Assembly: GCA_002269645.1 (NCBI GenBank)
Contig: NIVC01003325.1
Location: 40,082-104,081, forward strand
DNA length: 64,000 nucleotides
Source: Macrostomum lignano
Taxonomy: Eukaryota
Direction: 5' to 3'
Both the position numbers and the translations under genes were made by a program. The notes beneath the pieces are model-generated. The model had not been told where the DNA came from, searched no databases, and worked only from the letters and a program-made list of their open reading frames with translations. Numbering within the stretch: position 1 is the stretch's first letter; the number at the start of each line of letters is the position of its first letter. This document shows positions 41,101 through 52,848 of the stretch, piece after piece.

Positions 41101-44100
41101 TTCGCGCCACATCCAGCCGCATCACCACGGCGGCCAGTTCGGCGCTGCAGCACTCGTCCTTGGTGGCGAACAGCTCGCACGGATCCGCAGTCCGGCCCAG
41201 GATGGTGTCCTCGCCGTGCAGGAAGGCGCTGCCGTGAAACCTGGCCTGCAGCTGCGGCCCGCTGCCCTCGGAGTACAGCCTGGTGATTCGGGCTGCGCGC
41301 CACGAGCCGGGCCTGGCGTCGCGCCAGCTCGAGCGCCACAGGACGAAATCGCCGATCGATAGGCGGCAGCGACTGCCCAGACGGACAGCGGAATAGTACA
41401 GGCGGAGCCGCCGGCCCGCCGCTACCGAGGGCGGCCTGCGCTGAATTGCCTCGCCGAGGAACTCGACCGGGTCGCCAGCCTGCGGAGTGGCGACGCGTCT
41501 TTGTTGCTATGCGGGTGTAAATTGAAGGGATCTGGGAGGCTGGTGGCTCAGCAACTGAGGATCTGGGAGGCTGGTGGCTCAGCAACTGAGGATCTGGGAG
41601 GCTGGCCCAGCAACTGAGGATCTGAGAGGCTGGTGGCTCAGCAACTGAGGATCTGGGAGGCTGGCCCAGCAACTGAGGATCTGGGAGGCTGGCCCGGCAA
41701 CTGAGGATCTGGGAGGCTGGCCCAGCAACTGAGGATCTGGGAGGCTGGCCCGGCAACTGAGGATCTGGGAGGCTGGCCCAGCAACTGAGGATCTGGGAGG
41801 CTGGCCCAGCAACTGAGGAACTGGGAGGCTGGCCCAGCAACTGAGGATCTGGGAGGCTGGCTCAGCAACTGAGGATCTGGGAGGCTGGTGGCCCAGCAAC
41901 TGAGGATCTGGGAGGCTGGTGGCTCAGCAACTGAGGATCTGGGAGGCTGGCCCAGCAACTGAGGATCTGGGAGGCTGGCCCAACAACTGAGGATCTGGGA
42001 GGCTGGCCCAGCAACTGAGGATCTGGGAGGCTGGCTCAGCAACTGAGGATCTGGGAGGCTGGTGGCCCAGCAACTGAGGATCTGGGAGGCTGGTGGCTCA
42101 GCAACTGAGGATCTGGGAGGCTCGTGACTCAGCAACTGAAGATCTGGGAGGGCATCGGCCCCATCTGAAGATTAGCGACATCGCAGGCCAGACACCAATG
42201 GCATTGCTGTAAACCCCGACCCTGACCTGCACCAGCGCCGACGCATTGAGCCGAGCCAGTCGCAGAAACATGTCGGCCTTGGTGGAAGTGACGAAATCTG
42301 CCGCCCCGGCGTCGTCGTCCAGCTGATGCTGGAAGATGGAGTCGAACACGGAGCGCACCAGCGGAGTGACGGTGGCCTTGGTGTCGGCCGACTGTGCCGC
42401 CTGCTGCGGCTTGGCCTGCACAATCCGGCGATGACGCCGAGGTTGCGGACGCCGCTCCGGCGCTCGAGACCTGCGATCCCGGCGTCCGGTCGGTCGATCG
42501 ACATTTTCCTGGTCGGCTTCTTCGCTGTCGGCATCTTCGTTGAGTCCGCCGAGCTCAACCAGGGTCTGCATGCAGGGCTGCCGCATCAGCTCCGTGCCCT
42601 CTTCATCGTCCATCGCCCGGACCTGCTCGATGAGGAAGCTGGCGTGCGACTGAACCGCATCGGCGCTGATGGGCGCCACCAACTCCAGCAACTCCTCGTA
42701 TTCCACGGCCTCCTCTTTGCGACTGTCGTCTAGCAGGCACTCGGTGACGCGCTTGGTTAAGTGGATTTTTTCCAGGGCCGACTCCATCAGGAACCTGCGG
42801 GTGCGTGGGCGTCATGCCGAGATGCTTTCATTGAGGACCTTTGGGATTTTAGATTCCAATCTGGATCCGGGGGATCTCCTATTGGGATCTGAGGACCCCA
42901 ATCTGGGATTTGAGGACCCCAATCTGGGATTTGAGGACCCCAATCTGGGATTTAAGGATTCCAATCTGGGATTTGAGGACCCCAATCTGGGATTTAAGGA
43001 CCCCAATCTGGGATTTGAGGACCCCAATCTGGGATTTGAGGACCCCAATCTAGGATTTGAGGATTCCAATCTGGGATTTGAGGATCTCAAGCTAGGATTA
43101 GAGGACCACAATCTGGGATTTGAGGATCTCAAGCTAGGATTAGAGGACCACAATCTGGGATTTGAGGATCTCAAGCTAGGATTAGAGGACCACAATCTGA
43201 GATTTGAGGATCTCAAGCTAGGATTAGAGGACCACAATCTGGGATTTGAGGATCTCAAGCTAGGATTAGAGGACCACAATCTGGGATTTGAGGATCTCAA
43301 GCTAGGATTAGAGGACTACAATCTGGGATTTGAGGATCTCAAGCGAGGATTAGAGGACCACAATCTGGGATTTGAGGATCTCAAGCTAGGATTAGAGGAC
43401 CACAATCTGGGATTTGAGGATCTCAAGCTAGGATTAGAGGACCACAATCTGGGATTTGAGGATCTCAAGCGAGGATTAGAGGACCACAATCTGGGATTTA
43501 AGTATTCCAATCTAGGATTTGAGGATTTTTTAGGATCTGGGATTTAAAGCCACCCGCATACTGACCCCTTTCACCTGTATTCCGAGTGCGGCTTAGCCAG
43601 AATATACTCGCCATACACGGTGCTGAAGCCCACAATGGCCCTCTGGCCGCCGTCAAAGCCGGACAGCCACCACTCGTCGATCGGCCCCATCCGACAGCAG
43701 GCCACCATCGTCGAGCCGGCCGCCTCCTCGTCTTCAACAGCGGCGTAGACGGGCACAAGCAGGCCGCTGAAGTACAGCTCGACATTGTCTTCAATCAGCC
43801 CGGTGTCGAACGGGCACAGGTGGCCGGCCGGGCAGTACACGGAGAAGTCCGTCAGCTTCTGCTGCGGCCGGGCGTCGGCTTCGTCAGACAGGACGGAGCC
43901 CTCGGACACCAGCGACAGGGCCGGGTGGGTCAGGGCCACGCACTCCTCCTGGGCGTCGGGTCTTTCGTTGCGAAATTGCACGGCGTCATCTAGAAACTGC
44001 TTGCAGTATCGACAGCGGGTATTGCTGCTTCCGGTAGCAGAAAGGTTGCTGCCAGTCTTCTGCTTTTGCTGCGATCGGCGCTGCTTCTGCTTCTTAGCGG

Positions 44101-44155
44101 CATTATTGCTGCTCGGCGACAACTGACCATTGGTCAGCTTTCGTTTCTTACTCAT
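32136..44155 (-). CDS. DNMT1: DNA (cytosine-5)-methyltransferase 1; exons 44155-43575, 42794-42227, 41506-41092, 40211-39670, 38593-38216, 37795-37312, 33756-33284, 32591-32136; 1298 aa
   Basis: RFTS ([59 protein letters not shown]); BAH1 ([16 protein letters not shown]); BAH2 ([18 protein letters not shown]|IGRI). Catalytic motifs: [96 protein letters not shown]. Seven GT-AG introns with consistent phases; 3897 nt ending in TAG. Confidence 0.97.
32640..33230. repeat. 22-nt minisatellite (GATTCTCAGTGAGCATCAGGGC), DNMT1 intron 7
   Basis: Direct reading. Confidence 0.95.
33815..34980. repeat. GGGAGACAGGGGATGA purine satellite, DNMT1 intron 6 (3' part)
   Basis: Direct reading. Confidence 0.95.
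35275..37290. repeat. GACAGGGTGAGATAAGACACTAAGCTACGGCA (24-32 nt) minisatellite, DNMT1 intron 6 (5' part)
   Basis: Direct reading. Confidence 0.96.
37840..38205. repeat. 32-nt minisatellite (ATCTGACAATAAGGTCTGACTCATCATAGATT), DNMT1 intron 5
   Basis: About 11 copies. Confidence 0.95.
38615..39600. repeat. 18-nt (GGAGATTGGTGAATGTGA) array with a 36-nt dimer block, DNMT1 intron 4
   Basis: Direct reading. Confidence 0.95.
40235..40975. repeat. 20-nt array in two blocks (AATCATCAACTGGGTTTGTC, then AATCATCAACCGGATGTATC), DNMT1 intron 3
   Basis: Direct reading. Confidence 0.96.
41525..42150. repeat. 28-nt minisatellite (GAGGATCTGGGAGGCTGGCCCAGCAACT), DNMT1 intron 2
   Basis: About 21 copies. Confidence 0.96.
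42885..43545. repeat. 21-nt array (GAGGACCCCAATCTGGGATTT) grading into a 42-nt dimer, DNMT1 intron 1
   Basis: Direct reading. Confidence 0.96.
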
Positions 44156-44349
44156 TTGATTTGGAGATAAACAAACTTTTATTTAAATTTTAAACTTTCT
44201 ATGGTGCTTGCGCTTCAAAGATACGTGTGGAGCTGCAATAATAAGGGGAAATCAGCCACAATCAGTCTATGATAATTAGTTGGAATTTTTAGTATATGGA
44301 CTAGCAATCTAATGCCCCCTTTGGGGCGCCCAATAAGCAAAGAGAAATC

Positions 44350-45300
44350 AGGGTTTAGGTAAGGTTTGTGTTAGGGTTAGGGACTAGGGTTTAGGAATTG
44401 GGGTCTAAAATAGGTTTTACACAATGTTTAAGTTAAGGTTAGGGTTTAGGAATTGGGGTCTAAGATAGGTTTTACACAATGTTTAAGTTAAGGTTAGGGT
44501 TTAGGAATTGGGGTCTAAGATAGGTTTTACACAATGTTTAAGTTAAGGTTAGGGTTTAGGAATTGGGGTCTAAGATAGGTTTTACACAATGTTTAAGTTA
44601 AGGTTAGGGTTTAGGAATTGGGGTCTAAGATAGGTTTTACACAATGTTTAAGTTAAGGTTAGGGTTTAGGAATTGGGGTCTAAGATAGGTTTACACAATG
44701 TTTAAGTTAAGGTTAGGGTTTAGGAATTGGGGTCTAAGATAGGTTTTACACAATGTTTAAGTTAAGGTTAGGGTTTAGGAATTGGGGTCTAAGATAGGTT
44801 TTACACAATGTTTAAGTTAAGGTTAGGGTTTAGGAATTGGGGTCTAAGATAGGTTTTACACAATGTTTAAGTTAAGGTTAGGGTTTAGGAATTGGGGTCT
44901 AAGATAGGTTTTACACAATGTTTAAGTTAAGGTTAGGGTTTAGGAATTGGGGTCTAAGATAGGTTTTACACAATGTTTAAGTTAAGGTTAGGGTTTAGGA
45001 ATTGGGGTCTAAGATAGGTTTTACACAATGTTTAAGTTAAGGTTAGGGTTTAGGAATTGGGGTCTAAGATAGGTTTTACACAATGTTTAAGTTAAGGTTA
45101 GGGTTTAGGAATTGGGGTCTAAGATAGGTTTTACACAATGTTTAAGTTAAGGTTAGGGTTTAGGAATTGGGGTCTAAGATAGGTTTTACACAATGTTTAA
45201 GTTAAGGTTAGGGTTTAGAAATTAGGGTCTAAGATAGGTTTTACACAATGTTTAAGTTAAGGTTAGGGTTTAGAAATTAGGGTCTAGGATAGGATAGAAT
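44350..45300. repeat. 55-nt satellite built of degenerate TTAGGG hexamers
   Basis: GTTTAGGAATTGGGGTCTAAGATAGGTTTTACACAATGTTTAAGTTAAGGTTAGG, ~16 near-identical copies; left flank GTTAGGGTTAGGG. Confidence 0.95.
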
Positions 45301-47723
45301 TTAGGTTAGAGATAGGCTTGGCGTAAGAAAGAAATAGTAAGTAGTGTAGGTAGGGGGGTCCAAAAATACATCCCCCATTTTGATGGTTTATAGGAAAAAA
45401 TAAAAAAAACAAAATAAAGCAGCTTAGATTTAGCAAAATTGCCCAAAAATTGGTATATTTCACTCATAAATTACTATTAAAATGTTCTAAATGATGTTTC
45501 TGCAAATCACTAATTCTTAAAATGCCATAGTCAGGACAGAAGTCTGTGGGCTTTTTTCTGATTTTAACAAAGTAAAGTCTTTTTGCCTAATAAGCATGGT
45601 TTTGGTACTTTTTAAATGTATATTTTGAGCAAAAAATTGCAAAAAAAACTTTTTCTTAGTCTACAATTTTGTCCTTTAAAGTTATCCCCCTTTTCAAAAT
45701 CTTAGCTATGCCACTATCCTATCATATATGCAAGCATGCTGTAGATATAAGCTGAAAATTTTTCACTGTCAAATACCCTGGGATGTATGCTAATATATTT
45801 TTAAAAAAAAGCAACTTCCCTTATTGTACATTGGGAAATCCTAGCATATATGTTGCCTCCCAAACTATGGCCTGATCCATAGCTATTAAAAATAGGTTCT
45901 AATATTGCAACTCTAGTTCTTGACTAGGGTCTGGATTGTGTAAATTTATGCCTGAACAAGAAGCCTATTTTAGCTAAATATATGCCAAGGGCAGTGTATG
46001 TCAAAACCAAAAATGTCCCTAAAATGTACATAAACAACTCTCCTAAAAAGGTCATTCAGTTTTCACAAGTTAATTTTCCTAAAAAATGTTTTCAAATAAA
46101 GCCTTTCAAAAAATATTACATAGTAAGGTGAACTGCCACTGGTTATTTGACAGACATTTGCATAACATATTTTCCATCACTTGTCTCTTCCAGTGGCCTT
46201 CCCTTGTCCTATCTATTGCCCCATCCTTGGCCCTATCTCTTGCCCCTTTTGCCGGCCTTATTTTGCTTGTTCTGTGTTTTCTGCAGCCCCATCTATTGCT
46301 CCAACCATTTCCCCTGCACTTGCCCTATCTTTTACCCTATCTGTTGCCCCATATATGGATCTAATGTTTTTGCTTACTATTTATAAGGCCTGGTCCGGGC
46401 CGCACGGTTCTTATGCCTCTTTTTTCCTTGCAACTTTTAATATTTTATCACTTTTTATTTTAATACCTTGCTTGACTAGTTTTTTTTAATTGTACATATG
46501 CTCAACATTAATCTGTATTAACTTACTTAGCCCTTGTTAATAATATTTATATTGCACCACGGCATAGGTGGAGCCCTTGTTTGTAGCTGATTACACCTAT
46601 TTAACTTACATTTATTGAACAATACTTAATAAAACAATATTTATCTTCATTAATTAATTGAAGCCCATAGCTTTATATTGAGTCATTTGCTTGCAGGACA
46701 TAAAATAACCAATTAATCTCAGCTCTGAACCAGTTCTGAGAATTCAATGTTCCATAATACATAATTACTGTGATAGCAATGCTACTCTATAGTGTACTAA
46801 AAGTAACCAACTTAGCAAATTGGCATATCTTGAATTTCTAGTGTCTAAGGACCCAAACTAAACAACTATGCCTAACAAAGACTGCTAGACTACAACAATA
46901 ACTACCTTCCCTTGGAATTGAAGACCTGGCAGATGGAGTATTTAAGAGGAAATCTGTTGAGATTTGATTGTACAATTTTCTAGATTTATTTATGTAAAAT
47001 CAACATTAGCAGAAACTAAGAATTGAACTGCCCCATATTATTGGTGTCAGCAAATCATTAACCAACTGCCATTTTTTTCTTTACCCCTACTTCAATTACA
47101 AATATTTTTATCTTTAACAAACTTTAATTATACTTATAAAATAATGATGCAAAATTTGTTTTTTAGTAATAACATACAAATATTATTTGTTGTTAATTTT
47201 AAAGAAGCAAAAAGTTTAATACTGATTTTTTAGACTAGGCCTAAGCCTAAACAAAAATTCTTTTTCATATTGTGACAAGGCTCTTGGCTCTGTTTTTCTA
47301 AACTCCTAACTATTGATGCTAGTGCTTATTAAATATCCCACGAGCTGCCACCAAAGTTGTGACAGGGGTTTTTCTTCTTACTGAAATTTCTACTGCTGAC
47401 ACTAAATTCTGCCTTAATATTTCTAACTGTTTCTTAGAATATATTTCTGGGTAGCATTCTTGTAGTGTTCTCCTACCAATCTATACAATTAGTATACAAA
47501 AATGATTAAGTTTATATTTGGTGTAGTCTTTTTCTACATATAGTTACAATAGCTAATTTTTGATCAGAAAGAATAGCTGGCCTTTATGAAAAATCGGATT
47601 CAAACTAAATTTAAAAACCCAGATTGAACTTTTCTAAGAAGTTAAAAGTAAAACGAAAATAGTAAAAATGAACAACTTCTATACAGTTTTGTTAAAAATT
47701 ATTGATAAAAATTTGCACAGCTG

Positions 47724-49752
47724 TTTTATGCATGTCTCTGCTTTAAAAAGACACCTCAGACGCACATAAAGACACTTCACAAGCTGAGATATTCCCTAGC
47801 AACTGTTGTTATGACATTTTCCAATATACCAAATACTGTATATAGTAGTTTTTTGAGAAGCCGCTACATTGTCCCACATTGGTCTTTCTACATGAAATTT
47901 GCACAGCTGTTTTACGCATGTCTCTGCTTTAAAAAGACACCTTAAACACACACAAAGACACTTCACAAGCTGAGATATTCCCTAGCAAATGTTGTTATCA
48001 CGTTTCCCAATATACCAAATACATATTGTAGTTCAGCCTAGACATCGCTGATCACTGATCAAGCCTCGACAATGGGCAAACCTCAACTGCTAGGTATCCT
48101 CAGCTAGTCTCCTTGAGCACTCCGTCATCATCCAGATGCCGTTGGCACCTTCAATAGATTACACCATGTGACTATGTATATGAACAGCCAGATAAGAATT
48201 TTTCTAGTTTTGCTGATCAAGCCATGAAAATGGGCAAGCCTCAACTTTTGGACACCCTCAGCTAGTCTTTCTAGCATTCCATCACCACTCCAACACTGTC
48301 GGCACCTTCAACAGGTGGCATCAGATGACTATGGACATCCTTTTGCAACTATGTCTGGTTTTTCTTATCAAGCTTCAATAATGTGCAATCTGTAACTCCA
48401 GTTTATTCTCAGCTAGAGTCGCAAACAGTCTATAATCACCCAACGTAATTATGTAAACATGATGAGGTAATTTGTTAATTAAACTAAATTGAACAGAATA
48501 TTCACAAAAAAAGAACTAAAAATTACCAAATTTTCCGTGTGGAATGAAGATAAAGTCACAATATACTAAATATCTAAGTCTTTAGTCTTAAAAGTTACTA
48601 TTTGTTTAAAAATAAAAAAATCATACTTCTGGGTGTCCATGGTCATGGTTTTGTCTCCTTGAAGGTGCCAATGACTGCAAAATGACGACAGAATGCTTGA
48701 GAAACTAGTTAAGGATGCCTAGCAGTTGAGGTTTGCCAATTATTGAAGCTTGATAAAAAATCTAGCATATTTGCATTATAGTATCCATAGTCAGCTGGTG
48801 TAATCCGTTGAAGGTGCCGACGGCGTCCGGGTGATGACTGAATGCTCGAGAGACTAGCTGAGGATGTCCAGCAGTTGAGGCTTGCCCACTCTGTCGAGGC
48901 TTGATCAGCAAAACTAGCTGAGAAATTTGAACAGAGTGTCCATATACATGTAGACACCTGTTGCAACTTGTTGAAGGTCCAGAAGCTCTGCCTGGGTGAA
49001 GGCTAATCACCAACGAAGTCAAATAAATCTGATGCCAGCACATGTGGTCGATATGCTGACAAAATTTGGAGACTTGGCAAGGCTGCACTGAGGCGCAGTG
49101 CTTATTGGCGCACAGGGTGTAATATACTAGGCCTAGCACTTATGGGAAATCCGACCATCTGCAGGCAAAATAATTAAATATCTTGATGGTCTAGAAGGCT
49201 TGATTCTTGTTTGAGAAGGTGCATAGCAAAAAGTGAGCCGCATGTTCTTGAACTTCATGCCCCTGCATTGCTCCATGTTGGCGCATCAAAAAATGTCAGG
49301 GATAGGCCTAGGGGATTCCCTGTTCTATTGTTAATACAATAATATTATTATATAGTAATAAAAGTACTACAGTAATACGATTGTTATAATCTTATTATCA
49401 TTATTAATAGTAATAATTTCAATAATAGTATTAATAATATTGTAATAATAATACATTTGGTATTTTAAGAAAACATCGTAACAACAGTTGCTAGGGAATA
49501 TCTCAGCTTGTGAAGTGTCTTTGTGTGTGTTTAAGGTGTCTTTTTAAAGCAGAGACATGTATAAAACAGCTATGCAAATTTCATGTAGAAAGACCAATGT
49601 GGGACAATGTAGCGGCTTCTCAAAAAACTACTATATACAGTATTTGGTATATTGGAAAACGTCATAACAACAGTTGCTAGGGAATATCTCAGCTTGTGAA
49701 GCGTCTTTGTGTGTGTCTGAGGCGTCTTTTTAAAGCAGAGACATGCGTAAAA
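47724..49752. mobile_element. Foldback-like element with long modular inverted arms
   Basis: 47724-~48020 is the reverse complement of ~49451-49752 (each arm has a 186-bp internal direct repeat). ~145-bp modules at 48050-48430 reappear inverted at 48640-48930. Confidence 0.75.
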
Positions 49753-51189
49753 ATGTCTAAAAATTTACACTGTCTTGTGTACTAAATAGTAAATTTTGTT
49801 AAACAATTACTGAGCGATTTCTGAATGTCTGTCAGAATGTCTGTTGGGAAACCAATACATGAAAAGTTTAGCATTAGGCCTAGTACTTTCAGTGCTCTAT
49901 AAAAAGACAAAACATAATCTTACAAAGGCAATCAAGTGTTTCTTTTATTTTCTAACTTAATTTGCAGTTGTTTAAGCACCAAGTTATCTTCTTGATTTAA
50001 AATATTTTGTTTTCTAGACTTTTTGTTAAAACTACAGCTACGGCTATGGGAACTATGCGAGTATGGTAATATTGGGGTCCCTTTGGCTATGGAATGCAGA
50101 GAATTGGAATAACCCGTAGTTTTGCTTACAGCTACGGCTACGGCACATGGACCCTCCTTACGGCCCCGGGCGGAACACTACAATATAAAATATGCCTAAA
50201 ACCTTTTCTTTTACACACAGCATTTATATAGTATAGTGCACATGGCCTAAAGAAGCAAAGTACGATTGCTTGTTGCTTACAAAACGCCTACCATTAGAAC
50301 CTTGCTTAACGATAGGTGGTGTCCATCCAGGAAAGGAGGCAGGAGGTCAGGCAGGTAAATTATTAAATAACGTTTTATTAATCCATTAGAGGGCTAGTCG
50401 GCGGCAAGTTCTACAGTTCTTGGAAAGCAATTTACATTAAAAAAACCCTTTGTTTATAACAAATGATGACATTAATAAAGCAAAACAGACATTAATAAGT
50501 TTCTGTTTTCCCAGTATTTTATGTTTTAAATGTTTTCTGCTGCACATTCGGTGTATTCTTAAATTTAATCGACAATAACCAGGAACCCGTGCTAAATAGA
50601 ATTAAGAGCAACGTTATATAGCTTGAAGCTATCAGTCGGGATCACCGGATCAGTGCTCTTAACTAGGAGTACATGAATTTTGCGTGCTGTTAATTTCAAG
50701 AGTAAAGATTTAGGGGTTATGAGTTGACACAAGGAGGCACCTACGCAGGAGTTGATCGAGTGGAATTCGTAAGACTCAAATTCGGCCTCTTGAAATCGCG
50801 TACTACGTTGACGAGATCGAGTTAGGATTAAGTAGTGGAGTGTGCTCGCTCCTTTAGAACACGCCTAAGAATAACGCCTAAAGGTGAACTCCTATAACTC
50901 CTAGCTCTCAACTAATTCCGAACTCAACTAATTCTTCGAACTACGAGTAATACTTTTGCACCTTTACATACCAGTATGTTTATGAGCTCTGTTTAAGTTT
51001 CACCAAGGTCGTATCGTCTGATCTCGCTCTCTTTAAAGAGCCTCCTACAGCACATAAAATTCGCTCTTGATTCTATCGCACTATAATGCCATCTAGAAGC
51101 TAGTAGTTAGAAAAACTCCTGAAGATTTACATGTACAATGTAATTGTGTCGAGTGCATGTTTTCTACGCGGGCCAGAACAAAAATATCA

Positions 51190-52490
51190 CACTTAGGGAC
51201 GCATGATTAAGCGCGCATAACATAAGCGCGCATTTTTAACTGCTCTCAGTGACACAAGCGCGCACTGGCACAAGCGCGCATCTTAAATGCATGAGTCTGG
51301 CACAAGCGCACATTTAAAATGCATGAGTCTGGCACAAGCGCACATTTAAAATGCATGAGTCTGGCACAAGCGCACATTTAAAATGCATGAGTCTGGCACA
51401 AGCGCACATTTAAAATGCATGAGTCTGGCACAAGCGCACATTTAAAATGCATGAGTCTGGCACAAGCGCACATTGTAGACGCATCAATCTCTGAATGCTG
51501 CATTTCGACGTACAAGAAAAGCTGCGGCTGCGCCTTATCAGCCCCGTCGATCATTTCTGACACTGGTGTCACACGTTATCGAGGTGGTGGCCACCGTTCG
51601 CCCGGCGTCATCGCCGGACCATCAGCTGCAGCCAGTGCCGGACCATCAGCTGCAGCCAGTGCCGGACCATCAGCTGCAGCCAGTGCCGGACCATCAGCTG
51701 CAGCCAGTGCCGGACCATCAGCTGCAGCCAGTGCCGGACCATCAGCTGCAGCCAGTGCCGGACCATCAGCTGCAGCCAGTGCCGGACCATCAGCTGCAGC
51801 CAGTTGCCGCGGACCATCAGCTGCAGCCAGTGCCGGACCATCAGCTGCAGCCAGTGCCGCGGACCATCAGCTGCAGCCAGTGCCGGACCATCAGCTGCAG
51901 CCAGTGCCGGACCATCAGCTGCAGCCAGTGCCGGACCATCAAAACCCGGCCTCAGACTTGCATAACATGTTGTTCTATTCTTAGCTATACTGAACATTTT
52001 GCCATTTTTAATCGCAACATTTTAACATTTTGAATGTGAACATTTTAACATTTTAAGTCTGAACATCTCGTAACTTTGGGAAAAATAAATATAGAGAAAA
52101 TAAAGCTTCCTGACTTTGTGCCGGGCCATCAGCTTCGTGACTTTGTGCCGGATGTCTCAGCCGTAAAAATGGCCTGCGCGCTTATGTCTCAGCCGTAGAA
52201 ATGGCCTGCGCGCTTATGTCTCAGCCGTAAAAATGGCCTGCGCGCTTATGTCTCAGCCGTAGAAATGGCCTGCGCGCTTATGTCTCAGCCGTAGAAATGG
52301 CCTGCGCGCTTATGTCTCAGCCGTAAAAATGGCCTGCGCGCTTATGTCTCAGCCGTAAAAATGGCCTGCGTCATAAAGTCACTGTGGTTTTTGCGCGCTT
52401 GTGCCTGTGCGCGCTTATTTCCACACTTGCCAAAAAATACACATCCGCACTTATGTCACGCGCGCTTATTCAGCCCTCCACACACTTATA
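51190..52490. mobile_element. Putative non-autonomous element with inverted AAGCGCGCA/TGCGCGCTT arms and three internal arrays (32-nt 51277-51473; 24-nt 51610-51940; 32-nt 52152-52370)
   Basis: The motif runs in one orientation at 51215-51475 and in the opposite orientation at 52165-52490; no clear TSD. Confidence 0.5.
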
Positions 52491-52848
52491 TCTTTCTCAT
52501 GGTTCAACAGTTCAACAGTTCAACAGTTCAACAAAATCAATATGGAATTTAGACGTCTCAATACGCAATTTCGTTATTCCAATTTCAGAACACCATTTAA
52601 AGTTTTTATTAATTTAGACACGCCAGACATCGAGTTTATAGCCGCTAATAGTACAATATTGACAGCGGCAATCCAATTTAGACAGACTCACTCTCGATGT
52701 CTTATGGTTGAAGGTAAGGGACTGGGAAAAAATCGAATTCAAATTAGACTGCCAGAATTCTATGATGCAGCGACTACTTCAAGTGGTCCTTGATACGATC
52801 CGAGCGATATCCCCGCAACCATGAAAAGCTGTCGACTTAAAACGGTCT

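Noticed and set aside
42669-43547. Leucine-zipper-like heptad ORF ([14 protein letters not shown])
   Set aside because: Antisense translation of the 21/42-nt array in DNMT1 intron 1.
44350-45300. True telomere or chromosome end
   Set aside because: Internal position, 55-nt higher-order unit, and few perfect TTAGGG runs.
50030-51100. Possible ncRNA gene or LTR fragment (duplicated CTACAGCTACGGCTA motif; CpG-containing unique block)
   Set aside because: No recognisable tRNA, snRNA or SL fold, no LTR pair, PBS or ORF; not enough support.
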